Part shown: piece by piece, positions 26,214 through 38,776 of the stretch
How the letters are laid out: every line of letters begins with the position of its first letter
How positions within the stretch are numbered: the first letter of the stretch is position 1
Translations under genes and position numbers: made by a program
The notes under the pieces: model-generated
What the model saw: only the letters and a program-made list of their open reading frames with translations
The model's database searches: none
Told to the model about the DNA's origin: nothing
Source: Podarcis filfolensis
Taxonomy: Eukaryota
Direction: 5' to 3' (one strand)
DNA length: 64,000 bases
Assembly (NCBI GenBank): GCA_964270895.1
Contig: OZ185440.1

Positions 26214-26329
26214 GCTATGGGCATGCCAAGATAGCAACTCCCTGCGTTTTTGCCTGGTGCTTGTGCACTAAACAGAAATGGAAGAGTTACAAGAAACTGA
26301 GCGACTACAAAAAGTGGGTGCAACTCTAG

Positions 26330-26525
26330 CCAGGAGGGGCTCAGTGGAAGAGCGCTTGCTTTGTGTACAAAAGGACCCAGTTATCCATCCCCAATGTCTC
26401 TAGGTAGGGCTGGGAAAGACTTTTGCCCGAAACCCTAGACAGCTACTGCCACTTGGTGTCAACCATACAGAGACAGGTCAAACAATGATCTGACTTGATA
26501 TAAGGCAGTTTCCTATGTTCCTATG
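26330..26525 (+). mobile_element. Old tRNA-derived SINE with CR1-like tail (ctatgttcctatg)
   Basis: Head gctcagtggaagagcgcttgct; tail gatctgacttgatataaggcagtttcctatgttcc. Related decayed copies near 1020-1160, 5685-5850, 24100-24260 and 57140-57330. Confidence 0.55.
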
Positions 26526-28480
26526 CATAGCTCATTGTGGACAGGGAAGGGTGTGAAACCATAGGGAAGGATGAGTTGTGGGAGACAAGAGCTGCTTGGA
26601 TATATATGCACATCCTTCAAACCTACTGTGTGCTTTGCAAAAGATGACAAAATTGTCCTGGGAAGCCTACAGGCAGTGGCTGATTTATGGCAGTGCAACT
26701 GGTTCTGCCACACTGGGTGCCAAGCCCAGGGGGCGCTGCAGGGTGTCGCAATTATGGCACAGTGAATTGAGCAAAATGCAAGGCGAGAGGTTCAGGGTGC
26801 TGAATTTTTGCCTTGTAGAGGGCGTTGTTGAAATTTGAAAGAGCAAAGTCTGTCCCTGATATAGGTAGGAATATCTCAGCTCTCACTGCAATAATCACAT
26901 AATCATTGAAATATGTCATTGCAGACCACTTCTGATAATCTCCTTATAGCACAGAGTTTATAACATCACCTGATTCTTCAGGTTGCCCATGTTTGTTTTG
27001 TAGGGTTTTCTTTTAGCTGTCCTGCTGCACTGGAAATACCAGTGGTGTTTTTTTCAGAACGAAAGCATTCTTCCCTTTTTCTGCTTCGATGGTTGAAATT
27101 CATTTAAATTCAAAACCCAGTGAATATTCTTTTTTATTATTTTAAAATGGGATTGTTGCTGCTTTGCTATGTTCGCAATATTGTTGTTGGCTTGCATTAC
27201 TTTTTCTATATTAAAAGGAGGAAAGTATTATGGGTGGAAAAGTACAAGAACTAATTATGCTAATATATACATAGTGGTATACATTAAAGCACGCATATTG
27301 TGGCACTGTGTCCAAAATAATTGCTTTGGTGCAAATATTTGCTATTAAAATAATTACTTAGAAGGTATATTTACATAATTTCTTAGCTGATCAAAGTTAC
27401 AATTTGTAATTAACAGTCACACTCTGTACTCTTGTCTGTCACTAACAAAGGGTAAACCAAGGAGATGAGTCATCTTTTCTTTTCTTTTCTTTTTTTGCAA
27501 GGGAAGAGGAACATATAGAAAATATTGCATTCATTTTCTTAACAGTGATTCCATTGTATTATTTAATTAACCTCTAATGACAGCTATGCACTTAGGCTGT
27601 GAACATTACGCAATGTTATTATTTGGAAGCCTCACAGACTACACCGTCAAACTTAAACAAAAGGAAATGACTTTGCATTTCTTCAGAAGATCATACAGAA
27701 TTTCACACGAGTCTAAATTCCCCCTTTCTCAGTGCAAGAGGTAGCATGTATGTGAGCTGTCTAGTGCTAGGAAGACATTGGGAATGGATCTGGGATTGGG
27801 GGTGTTTTGGCTGCACCTTTAGCCTTGATACAGATAATACCACTGAAATGCAAATACTTTGGGTGATATGCATCCATGAGTGGAACAGACTTCCACTCCT
27901 ACAACAGGACTTCCCCTTCCTTTCCTCTCTCCTGTCCCCTCCACCCTAAAACTGCTCTGAATTTGGAGCAGGGGAGTTGCAGAGGAAGGGAAGGCCTTAC
28001 TGCATGATTGAGGACTGCTTGGGCAATGTTAGACATCACACCTTAACAGCACATAATTGTATGCAGGAATAAAAATTGACACTGAAAATTTGCTCTTCAT
28101 CCTGCACTAAAGAGTGTGATGGAGAGAGGAACACAACTGGTTATGAGAAATCAAGTCCTTTTCCCCAAAGAGATGAGCAAAACCTTAGAGAAACATACTT
28201 TGCTCCATAAATGTTTTGGAGAAAGATGATCCCTGTCTCTTCGCTCTTTTTTTTTTTTTTTTTTGCTTTTTTCCTTATCATTAAAAAAAAAGACATTTAA
28301 GAGTTTGCATTTAAAATTATCTGTAAACAGATGTGCAGAGGGTGGCGAGGAGAAAAAAGATTGATGAGATTTACTGCTGAAACTAAGCCAACTCCAGAGC
28401 ATCTTACAAAAGGCCATACAGAACCAACCAGAGCAGGATTCTCTTAATTACTCCAATGCCACAAAGCCCCATGAACTTAC

Positions 28481-28656
28481 AAGGATCCAGCCTCCACATT
28501 TGGACCGCGGATATAGAAGGGGACTCTGATGTCAAATTCATACGGCATGGATTTTCCTTTCACCAGCCCAAATTGCCCTATATGATAGCCGTGGTCTGCC
28601 GTATATATTACATATGTATTATCCAGTTCACCTGTTTCAACCAATGCATTGTAAAT
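28481..28656 (-). CDS. SULF2: SULF2 exon: [58 protein letters not shown](L)
   Basis: tttcag| ... |gtaagt; 176 nt; contains the sulfatase DHG metal-binding motif. Confidence 0.97.
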
Positions 28657-31652
28657 CTGAAATGAAACAGAAGCATAACGTTTTGGATTGAACAAAACAG
28701 TATTGTATTACACAATAATCTTGTATATAGACATAAGGGCAGTGAAAAGCTTGGTGAATGTATATATTGGCTTTTTGTGCAAGCTGCTCCCTTTCAGCTA
28801 AAGAGAAGTGGGGAGGGAATAAAAATAAATAAAAACAAACATGAAATTATTGGGGTCCTATTGAGACAGAGACTGCATTTGTTTTTTAAAAAGGCAACAT
28901 GAATGATCTGAAATCAAATTTTGGAACTGCAATGAGTCAGAAATCATGACATATAGTTTGGCCATATTTGCAAGTTACATTAAGTCACAAACCATTGTTT
29001 ACTGGGCATGAACAGCTGCTTGGTTCCTCCCCACTCCCCCTGGCTTGCATTGGGAGAAAACAAACCACAATAGATGGGCTTTGCTTTACATCAAAACCAG
29101 GCACCATGATTTGTTTTGCTCTCAGCAAACCATGAGCAGTTAAGGCAATAACCACAGTAGAAGTACTGCAGGGGAAGTAAAGGGTTAAAGCCACTCCATC
29201 TACGGTCCCGAATTTTATGGAGTTTTGTGTGCCCTGTGTTAACACATCTTCCTCCAAAGTTGCTTTCCTTCGAGCACTGTCTGTCTATGGGAAATAGAGA
29301 GGGGAAACCGAGACGTATTATGATGACCCAGATACCTCCTTGTTTGTTTTAGAAAAGCAGGTCAAGCCACAACTATTTTTGGAATGCACTTGTGACAAAG
29401 CATAAGGTTAGGCTTGACTAGCTGAATGCATTTTAAAATTCATTGAGCCTCTTTATAATTACAATTTCAATCCCAGCTTGCTGACTTGAAGTTAAAAATA
29501 AAGCAAGCCATCAATTTGAGCAAGCTGCAACACTGATGGCAAGCCTCTCCAAGCGTATGTAGTAGCACTTGAGAGAGATTATATCTTCCCAGAGCAAACC
29601 ACCAATCAGCAGTAATAGTAATCACCATAATCACAAACAGGCTGATGCAGGGCCTACCTATAATCTTAACCTTGTCTTCTCAGGGTGCCTGCATTATACT
29701 TAAATCACAAACAAAATGCAGGAATGCTGGGAGATAAGCAGCAATAAACTGTTTTGCCTCCATGTTAGACTGGCAGCTTTGCAGGCTTGAAAACAAGACC
29801 ATCAATTTTCACAGAAGGTGCCAGTCAGGATGAATATTGCCAGAGCACAGAAGCACAATTAGCTGGCCCACCCTTGAGGCAAAGTGAGACGATCACCTCA
29901 GGTGGCAGGATCCACAGGGGCAGCAGATCCCAATGTTGGTTTTTATTCCCTCCTTTGTTCCTGATGTAGATCTTCCCTCACTCCTTATTCCCTGGTGTGG
30001 AGAAGGGCGCCATTTTGGGGTCTGCCTGAGGTGCCAAAATGTCTTGACCCGGCCTTGATGGAACAGTTCATTTTACTTCGTTCTAATATCACAGGCTTAA
30101 GGGCAAACAAGATGCCAATAAGAGGTGTGTTATAGAAGATAACTGGACCTATGAAGCAACCTGATGGTGGATCATAGCAGGCTTTGTTATGACAAGCCAG
30201 ACCATTGGTCAACCAAGCTCAGTACTATCTACAATACTATCTCCTGAAAATAGTGCTGTCTACAGGAACCCTCTAGTGTTTCCAAACAGGGGTCTTTCCC
30301 ATGGCAATGACAGGGAATAAATCTGGGACCTTTCTCACACAAAGCTTCGGATCCTCCTCCAAATCTGCAGCAGGCAGAGTCCTTCCTAGAAATCCAACCC
30401 ATGCTCTTTTTAACTGCACATACCAGTGACTGAACCTGAGACCACATGAGGTCTATCACAGAGCTATTTACAAAAGTTTGCCCCATAAAAAGTGTGCCAA
30501 GTTTGCCATATATTCTTGCAGACTATGGATATTGCTGGGCTCAGTTGTCATAATTGGACCATCACCCACAAAAAGGGGGATTTGAGTCCATTTATTTTAC
30601 ATTTATCTCCTACTCAAGAAACTTATAGCTGACATGGGCATCTAGCCTAAGCATTGTCTGCACATTTCTGGCTCATCCCACTGACCAGGAAAAACGGTGG
30701 TATGTTAAGTACATATTACTTAACAGAGAACTATTGAAGACAGAAAGCAAGGCTTTTGGTACAATTTTCCCTTTATGCACTGTTTGCAACTATAGCAGGC
30801 AACTTAGGATGTTTTGCTATTTGGAATATTTTATAGCGCTATCATTATTATAAAATGGATTTCTTACCTGCCCTGAACCACAAGACCACCTCTTTCCCTG
30901 CAGACCCTCTTGGGTGTCACATCAGCAGGGGGCCCCCTCTTGGTAGTTCTGCTACCCTCAGTGTCTTGGCATGACCCAGGAGACGGTATTCTCGGAGGCA
31001 GCCCCCAAATTATGGAATTCCTTCCACACAAAGGTGCACCCAGCACCTTCACTGCACAGCTGAAGATGCACCTTTGAAATTTGAGATACATTGGAATCCA
31101 CTCTACTTGTGATTCCAATTTGTTCTAAACCAGTGCCAAAAAAGCAGCATATAAACACATTTTTAAAAACCTAGATAAATAATGTTAAAATAACTTATTA
31201 CAATTTACAGTCAGAAGAATAGGGTGAGTCCTAAGGTATAAAAAGAGGCTAAAGAGATGCATCTTCAACACATGATGAAAGCCATGCAATGAAAATGCCA
31301 GACACACCTTTGTGGGGAGGGAATTTCACAGCTAAGGCAATGTCAGAGTATGCCCTCTCTTGAGTTTGCACTCCTGAACTTTCAAGGGAGACAAAACTAC
31401 CTACCAAATCGGCTCTCTCTTAACACCCAAGAAGAGAAGTTGGGAAGGAGACTTGGTGCTACCATTCTGCCCAGAGCAATTCAAATCTTAGAAACCAAAT
31501 GGGGAAGTTGAGGCCCTGTGATGAAGTGCATCTGTGCTTATACTGGCAACACTTAAACTCGTGTTTTGGATAGGATAGAAAAGTAGGGCGCGTATGCAGG
31601 ACTTGGGGAACTTGGGAGGGCCGAGGTTGAGGAAGCCTGCAATAAATCTTAC

Positions 31653-31803
31653 CGCCTCCATAGAGTCATCCACAGACATGAGAGTCTGAAGGCGCTTCTG
31701 CTGTAGCATATTGGTGAATTCCATGTGAATAGGTTTCATGGGGCCAGTATACCTCATTATCCAGTGCTTGTCTGGGTTTGGAGCATAATTATAACTGGGT
31801 GTG
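31653..31803 (-). CDS. SULF2: SULF2 exon: [50 protein letters not shown]
   Basis: (tc)n-tag| ... |gtaaga; 151 nt. Confidence 0.96.
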
Positions 31804-34290
31804 CTAGAGAGAGAGAGAGAGAAACAATTAACTGTCAGTAAAATAAACATGGCATGCCACCCATCCTAAAATGTGTATTCTGGGTTTCTACACAAGTTCC
31901 ACACAAACATAGGGCAGGATTCATCTAACCAGTCCCACTAGCAGAAGACCCATACAAGGACTTCCATTTGTGCAATAGGATTCCCCCTGTCTCCCCCCTT
32001 GCACCCCCCAAAATTGGCTCTGGGGGTTGGGAGAACCCCCAGAATGGCGCATGAGGGAGAGGAGAAGGGTATCGTGCCATCTGGTAAACTGGAATGCTTG
32101 CACAGATGGGACTGGAAGAACATGATGTTGAATTCTATCCATTGCATTGAGCGTTCTGTCCCGACAATTTCAGCATCCTGAGAACAACAGCTTCCACTTT
32201 CAAAAGTAGGTTTGGGGGCTTCTGTTTACTTAGCGCTGAGTACAGGAAAGTTTTAGAAGCCAGGAGGCAAATCTTAAAAGATGCTCCCTCTCCATCCACA
32301 GCTTTTTACACCGTATGCCATACTGTTCCTAAGGGTGCCCCCAACCTTTAAGGAGCCCAAGTGACTGCAGAGTGAAGGCAATAAGGCCTCGTTTTGTGAA
32401 TGGAATTCTGAATGGAAGAAGTCAGGGTCCAAGCTAAGGAGCCCAGCTGCTATCTTGCCACACCCAAGTTAATGCAAATACAGTTAATTCCCTGAAAACG
32501 GATGTGCAATTGAACCTTACTACTGTGGCTTCTACTATCTTTAAGCATGTTTGAGGCACACAGGGGTGGCAATTTTCCCTGTTGGGAATAACCCTCCATG
32601 GTAGGATTACATTCTCCGTGGTAGACAGCGAAACATTATAAATCTCTTTTATGATTTATCTAAAAGCCGGGAACGGGAAAATTGCTCTGCTCAAACTGAA
32701 GCCTATTGAAATAGCAAGTATCATTCAGAGTAAATGAGAATATATTTCAACTGTAGCAGCTTAGCATTAGGCAGCTAACATTCTAACTGGGGAGCATGAG
32801 AATGACATAGCTATTCCAATTTCATTCTGCACGGATGATTGTGGCTCACGCAGGTTCCTTAACAATAACTATCCAGATTGCTGGAGAGTCTCTACTATGT
32901 TATTTAGCATCTGTGGTGAATTTAAGCTTGACTACCTGAGCATTTAGCAGGAAACTATGGGCATTAAAATGCTTATTATAACTTCAGTCCAATAGCCGGC
33001 TTTTAAAATGATGTTCTACTCTATACTAGTCTTTAAAAAGAAAAAGAAAAAGCTGGATGGTGCTATTACAATTTCCTTTGCTTGAACAAGTAGCCTTGAG
33101 ATAGGGATCTTCCCACCCCGGGAGCTGTAAAAGGGAATTCCCATCCCACTTGACAACAGCAAAAAGCTAGGGCATCTGAAACAGCAAACTAGCTCCAGAG
33201 TCCGGTTCTGCAGAATCTTGGAGATTGGTCTGGTCAGATAGGCAAGGGCTTTGGGCTTCAAACTGGGGGTCCCTTGACCAGAGAATGGGTCCTACATCTT
33301 AGTGAGCTACACAACTCCTACTGTAACTCAGACATCAAAGCCTTCTTTAGGTGCAAAGGGGGAATAGGGATGTGCATCATTGGCACCAGTCACTGGCAAC
33401 CAGACTTCAGCCTCTGGATTGGCAGGGTATAGTGTAAATACCTGGCCTTCTGCCCTTGCCTAGTCAACAGAGCAAGGGCTTCTGTAGTTCAGGCTCCAGT
33501 TTCCCCGGGGTTTTTTTTTAATTAATCAGCAGAGTTTTGCCGTGGTGCTGTATTTATGGCCTTCGGAAGTTAGCTTGAGCTGTATCATCCATAATTACGC
33601 ACGCATATTTAGCATCTACTTGTGGGTCTGTGCAGAATGAAGCTGGCAGGTGAGGCTGTTGTGAACATGCTGCGAGAGGGGAGCACAACTCCTATTGTAA
33701 CACTGCGCTCTTACCGTAACATTACTCATATTCAGGGTTGCCCCATGTGCTGAGTGTGTGTGTGTGCGAAAGACATGCTAAAGTGAATTGCATTGTGTTT
33801 TAACAAGTGGGATGCTTTGATATCAAGGCTGCAGTCCAAAAAGTGCTTTGTGATGGGGAAGAGAGTATTTTTCTTTCAGGGAGGAGAGGTTGCTTATTAT
33901 TCTCTCCACATTGTTAATGTTCTCTCTGATTTCAGAATGTTATTGTGGCAGGATAATGACATTGCGGCTTTGAAAATGCTGATGGTTATGGAAACTGTTG
34001 CTATGTAATGCCCTGAACGAATCTAAAATGCTTGGCAAATTCCTTTTCCAGTATGCTTTGTGATTTCCTGGCTCATCTGAAACCTCCTGCTGCTTAATCC
34101 ACTCGACGTCCACGATCTTCTTTGATTACTACAAACGTAACCCTCTTATACTTAACAGATTTGTCCGTCTTATGGCCAAATACACAAAGCACAACAATTC
34201 TGGAAACTGAACAAAAATAACCACTTCAAATTCATTCAGAAGTTGGAGGTGGGGGCTGCACTACAAATCCTGATTGTATTTGACCTTGGG

Positions 34291-34295
<5 letters not shown>

Positions 34296-34360
<65 letters not shown>
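34296..34360. repeat. (GA)n microsatellite, about 32 units with one interruption
   Basis: Direct reading. Confidence 0.95.
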
Positions 34361-35697
34361 ATAAAATGCTTACAGAGACAACAGTTGTGGTTGTCTCTGG
34401 AAAAAAAAACCCACTATCCAACAATCATGGATAAATGCCTATTAAGCAGCCGAAGCAAAGAATGATACATGTTGGCGATATGAACCTGCAGGTATAAAAT
34501 AAAATGCGAGCCTATTTTTTATACCCAAAAGTGATTGTTTTGCATATGCTGGAGCAGACTCAGGACTACTTACTGAAAACTATTTCCTCTCTCCTACCGA
34601 AGTCAAATTTTTCAGTGACTGCTATTGGGTCTATATTGGCATTTCTCTTTTTGGCATTTACAGAGCATTTATTACCTGCCTTTTGGCTTAAAATCCTCCA
34701 CACAGAGAGAGAGACAACCCAGGGAGGGGATTCCACAGTTTGAGTGCCACTGCAAAGAAGGCTCTGTCCCATATCCCTGCTCCCTTGATTTCTTCACACA
34801 GCAGAGGCACACAGAGCAGTGCATTAAAAGAAGCTCTTAACATACAAGCTAAGTTTGTGTTGCATATCATCAACATACAACTAAGTTTAAAGGAGAAGAA
34901 AGACCTTGTGGAGGGCAAGATTAGATAACAAGAGGGACATGTGGCTGCCACTGCAAGGGAGAACTCCATGTCTGCTCTCCCTCTTCTCCCTGGTACAACA
35001 TGTAGAGAAATGAAATGTTCAGAGGAGGTCATAACTTGACCACACCCTCTTACACACCTTCAGTAAGGGGCATCCAATGAAGTCAAGTGAAGGAAAGGGG
35101 TGATATTATTTCACACCACTCATTTTGGTTTTTCTGTGTTAGCAGGAGGAGGAGAGGAGGAGGGATTGCATCAAGAAACCTAGATTAAAAGGGTGCAATA
35201 TTGTGCAACCACATGTCCCTAGTTTTCAAGGTTCTGGAGAAAAGCTTAAACATGTGAAGGTAAAGCACCTGATGGACAAATCTTATGTGTGTCTGCTCAA
35301 AAATAAGTCCCACTGAGTTCACATGAACCCAGGTAATTGTGCATAGGATCTGAATATGTGCCTCATTCCTATCCTACCACCTGATCTTAAACTCAGACCT
35401 CATCATATTTATTTACCCAAGTCCCAGTCTCTCTTTCCCCCTTACTCTCTTTACAAAGCCTTTCCCAAAAAGGAATAAATTTGCATAAATTTGCAAATGG
35501 AAAATGACAGGATTGTTCATTTTATTGTGTAGATTTCTACAAGTTATAAATTGAAAAGCGCCAAGCTGTTCCATTTCTGCTACCTGCGATAAACTTATGC
35601 CAAAGCACAAATGATCCAGAAATGATTTCCCAGGAATGCTATGCCTTTGCTTGGAAATGCAGATAATTGGTTTGGTGCTTTGTTGCCTTTTCCTTAC

Positions 35698-35867
35698 ATG
35701 TGCTGAGAAGCATTGGGAAAGAGATGAGAATACTGAGGGGCTGAGTCTTCAGGACCGTGAGGAGCTGCATGGCTGAGAACCATCAAAACTGGCCTGTGAG
35801 GATACATCTTCTTTGAGATTCGGAAGAAGCTAATACTGTCATTGGTGATCAAGTCAGTCAGATAATC
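35698..35867 (-). CDS. SULF2: SULF2 exon: [56 protein letters not shown](I)
   Basis: ttttcag| ... |gtaagg; 170 nt. Absent from the ORF track; read manually. Confidence 0.96.
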
Positions 35868-36125
35868 CTGAAAAGAGTGAGGAAGAGAAGAAAAATCAGC
35901 AAAATGACATCAAAAGTAATGGACGAGCCTAGAGGGGACACTGCAATCATTTTAGAAGTGGGAGGAGAAATTCTGATTTATTCACTTTTGTAATAATTGC
36001 AAATGTAAAGGGCTGGTATGGTTTTAAATATGCTTTTTTTATTTGTTTTTTACAATCCCCTATAATGTTACCAAGCTCACATCCACACCTCCATTTAAAG
36101 CATTTCAATTCCACTATAAGAGTCA

Positions 36126-36486
36126 GGTAAAGGTAAAGGTAAAGGGACCCCTAACCATTAGGTCCAGTTGCGGACGACTCTGGGGTTGCAGAACTCATCT
36201 CGCTTTATTGGCCGAGGGAGCCGGCGTACAGCTTCCGGGTCATGTGGCCAGCATGACTAAGCTGCTTCTGGCGAAACCAGAGCAGCTCACGGAAATGCCG
36301 TTTACCTTCCCGCCGGAGTGGTACCTATTTATCTACTTGCACTTTGACGTGCTTTTGAACTGCTAGGTTGGCAGGAGCAGGGACCGAAGAACAGGGGCTC
36401 ACCCCGTTGTGGGGATTCGAACCGCCGACCTTCTGATCGGCAAGCCCTAGGCTCTGTGGTTTAACCCGCAGTGCCACCCGCATCCC
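36126..36486 (-). mobile_element. Sauria SINE
   Basis: The reverse complement starts gggatgcgggtggcactgcgggttaaaccacagagcc; TSD ataagagtca/ataagaatca at 36116-36125 and 36487-36496. Confidence 0.92.
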
Positions 36487-36567
36487 ATAAGAATCAAGAC
36501 TTCCCCCTAAAAAAGAATCAGACAGCTCTGTCCTTCCAGAAATTTGCTGCTCCCCAACTTCCAGCAC

Positions 36568-37002
36568 CAGTGCTGGATTTACGTATAAGCTAAACAAGCT
36601 ATAGCTTAGGGCCCCACTCTCTTGGTCCCCCCCCCAAAAAAAAATTATGAGTCTTTGTAAATTGTGTTTCTAAAGGAACTTTTGTTATTGCCAAATGCCA
36701 GTGTGTTTGCATTATTAAGTTTGTTATGAATAAAAAATCATTTTAAGTTAGAGCTTAATAATTATTTCACTATTAATATACTTCTTCTTAATTGTATTTC
36801 AGTTCAACAATTACTTTGATAAAATACATATTTTGTTATGTGCAAATGACTTTAGATACCCATTAGATCTATAAATTATGATATAGCATATATTCAACAC
36901 AAAAAACAGCAGCAATTTGTTGTTGACAAATGACAGCTGGACATATAAAGGGCCCTATTACCTTTAGTAGCTTAGGGCCTCATCAAACTAAATTTGGCCT
37001 TG
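36568..37002. mobile_element. 435-bp non-autonomous hAT element
   Basis: Termini cagtgctggattt / aaatttggccttg; subterminal agcttagggcc near both ends; TSD tccagcac/cccagcac. Confidence 0.75.
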
Positions 37003-37096
37003 CCCAGCACCCAGCTGAGGTGGCCACCTCACTCTGCCTAAACAGTCTTACTGTTATTTGTTGAGCCCTGAATTGAATCAAACTAATCTGAGACAT

Positions 37097-37098
<2 letters not shown>

Positions 37099-37128
<30 letters not shown>
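37099..37128. repeat. (GT)15 microsatellite
   Basis: Direct reading. Confidence 0.95.
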
Positions 37129-37130
<2 letters not shown>

Positions 37131-38624
37131 TATATGGAACAAGTATTCTTAAATGTAATGGTAATAAAATGCTGGAGAGACTTGCTTGACAAGAGACGGT
37201 CAGTGAACACGAATGTTGCGTTATATTTTGATTACACGTCACTTGGCACTCAGACACCTGAGATTACAAAAAGGGCAACCAATGGGTTGCTAATTCTACT
37301 GCCAGCGGGGAAGATATTTTTGGAAACAGAAATATACTTGCTGCTACCAAAATGAAGGTTCATTAAACTAATCTCTCAAAAGTCATGTTATTGCACTGGT
37401 AGTAGGAAATACACTTAATGAAAAGACGTATTTGGAGAAGATAGCAAGGGGTTCCACTTTTGGACACTTAGTCACATCAAGCATGTTGCTGATACAGATA
37501 CTTCTTGTTATTATGCACAGCAATTTAACCACACAGCTGCTGAAAGCCCAATTAGATGCACAAAACATCTTGGTCTGAGTATGTGCCTCATTCCTATCTT
37601 ACCACCTAATCTCAAACTCAGACATCATCATATTTATTTACCTGCAGTGAAAACAATTTTTGGAAAGATTTCCATTTCACAGATGGACAACACAAGGCTC
37701 AGAGATAGTTGTGAGTAATTCATTTAAAACATATACTGTGCCTTTGTGAGAAGGAACATGGGAAGAAGAAATGCTAGATCCTGAATTCTGTCTCTTTGTC
37801 ACACTCTGCTGCGATGTGACTGAAAAATCTTTGAAATGAATTATGCATTAAAAGGCTGTTGCCTTGCCCTTAATCAGATATTTTAGATTCAGAAGCATAC
37901 CTTTTAACAACCCTGATTTAAATTCAAGTTTATTAACTGCTTTAGTTCTGACTAGTTGGATAAAAAGCAGGTGTCAAATATCTTTATTCTGCTATATCCT
38001 TTTCTGTAAATAATGGAAGGTAACCCTATAGGAATATTTTAAAAAATCAGGTGTTTTTAAAGTTACTCGTTTGCTTCCCCCAACCCACCCACCCAACAGA
38101 TTTCTAATTAGAATAACAGAACCTGAACCTCTGATCTCTGTTTCATAACACTGCAGACAAACACTAACTGATTTTGTGGACTACTGACAGATTTAGGACT
38201 CCCTCAAAATCTGCATACCACCACCATGGAAACAGCAATTTTGCAATAAAGAGAATTAATCACATGCATGCAGCAGATCAAGAGTATGTCTCTCTGTGTT
38301 AATTAAAGCAGGGAACACCAGTCAATAGAACATGAGTCAAACTACGATCAAATCCATTTCCCAGCTGGTAGGACATACTGAAGTGCTTACCGGCTTAAGA
38401 ACTGCTTGCTGTCACTAAATAAATTTTAAATTATACATCCCTCCAGAAGTAAAACGATAATGTGCAGTCTAAGGGAGCAGGTTTATGGATTGCAGTTTAT
38501 ATTACCAGCAGTAGCTTTCAAATATGAAACAAATACTTTAATTAGACTGAAATCATAAAGCATCCGTATTGTTCCCACAGTTGTGGCCAGGGGAGGGAAA
38601 TGAAAATAAATCAGTAAGGCCTAC

Positions 38625-38776
38625 CCTAGAGTAGTCAAATCCGTGCTTTTCCTTCACTCCATTTCTACAGAGCGTGTAGTTGTAAAAACGAGAATTCTTG
38701 AGCAATCCAACCCATTCCTTCCAGCCAGGAGGCACATAGGAACCATTATATTCATTCAGGTATTTCCCAAAGAAAG
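38625..38776 (-). CDS. SULF2: SULF2 exon: [51 protein letters not shown]
   Basis: ttccag| ... |gtaggc; 152 nt; translation matches SULF2. Confidence 0.96.

Noticed and set aside
34236-34465. ORFs with ER/RE or SL repeats
   Set aside because: Artefacts of the (GA)n microsatellite.
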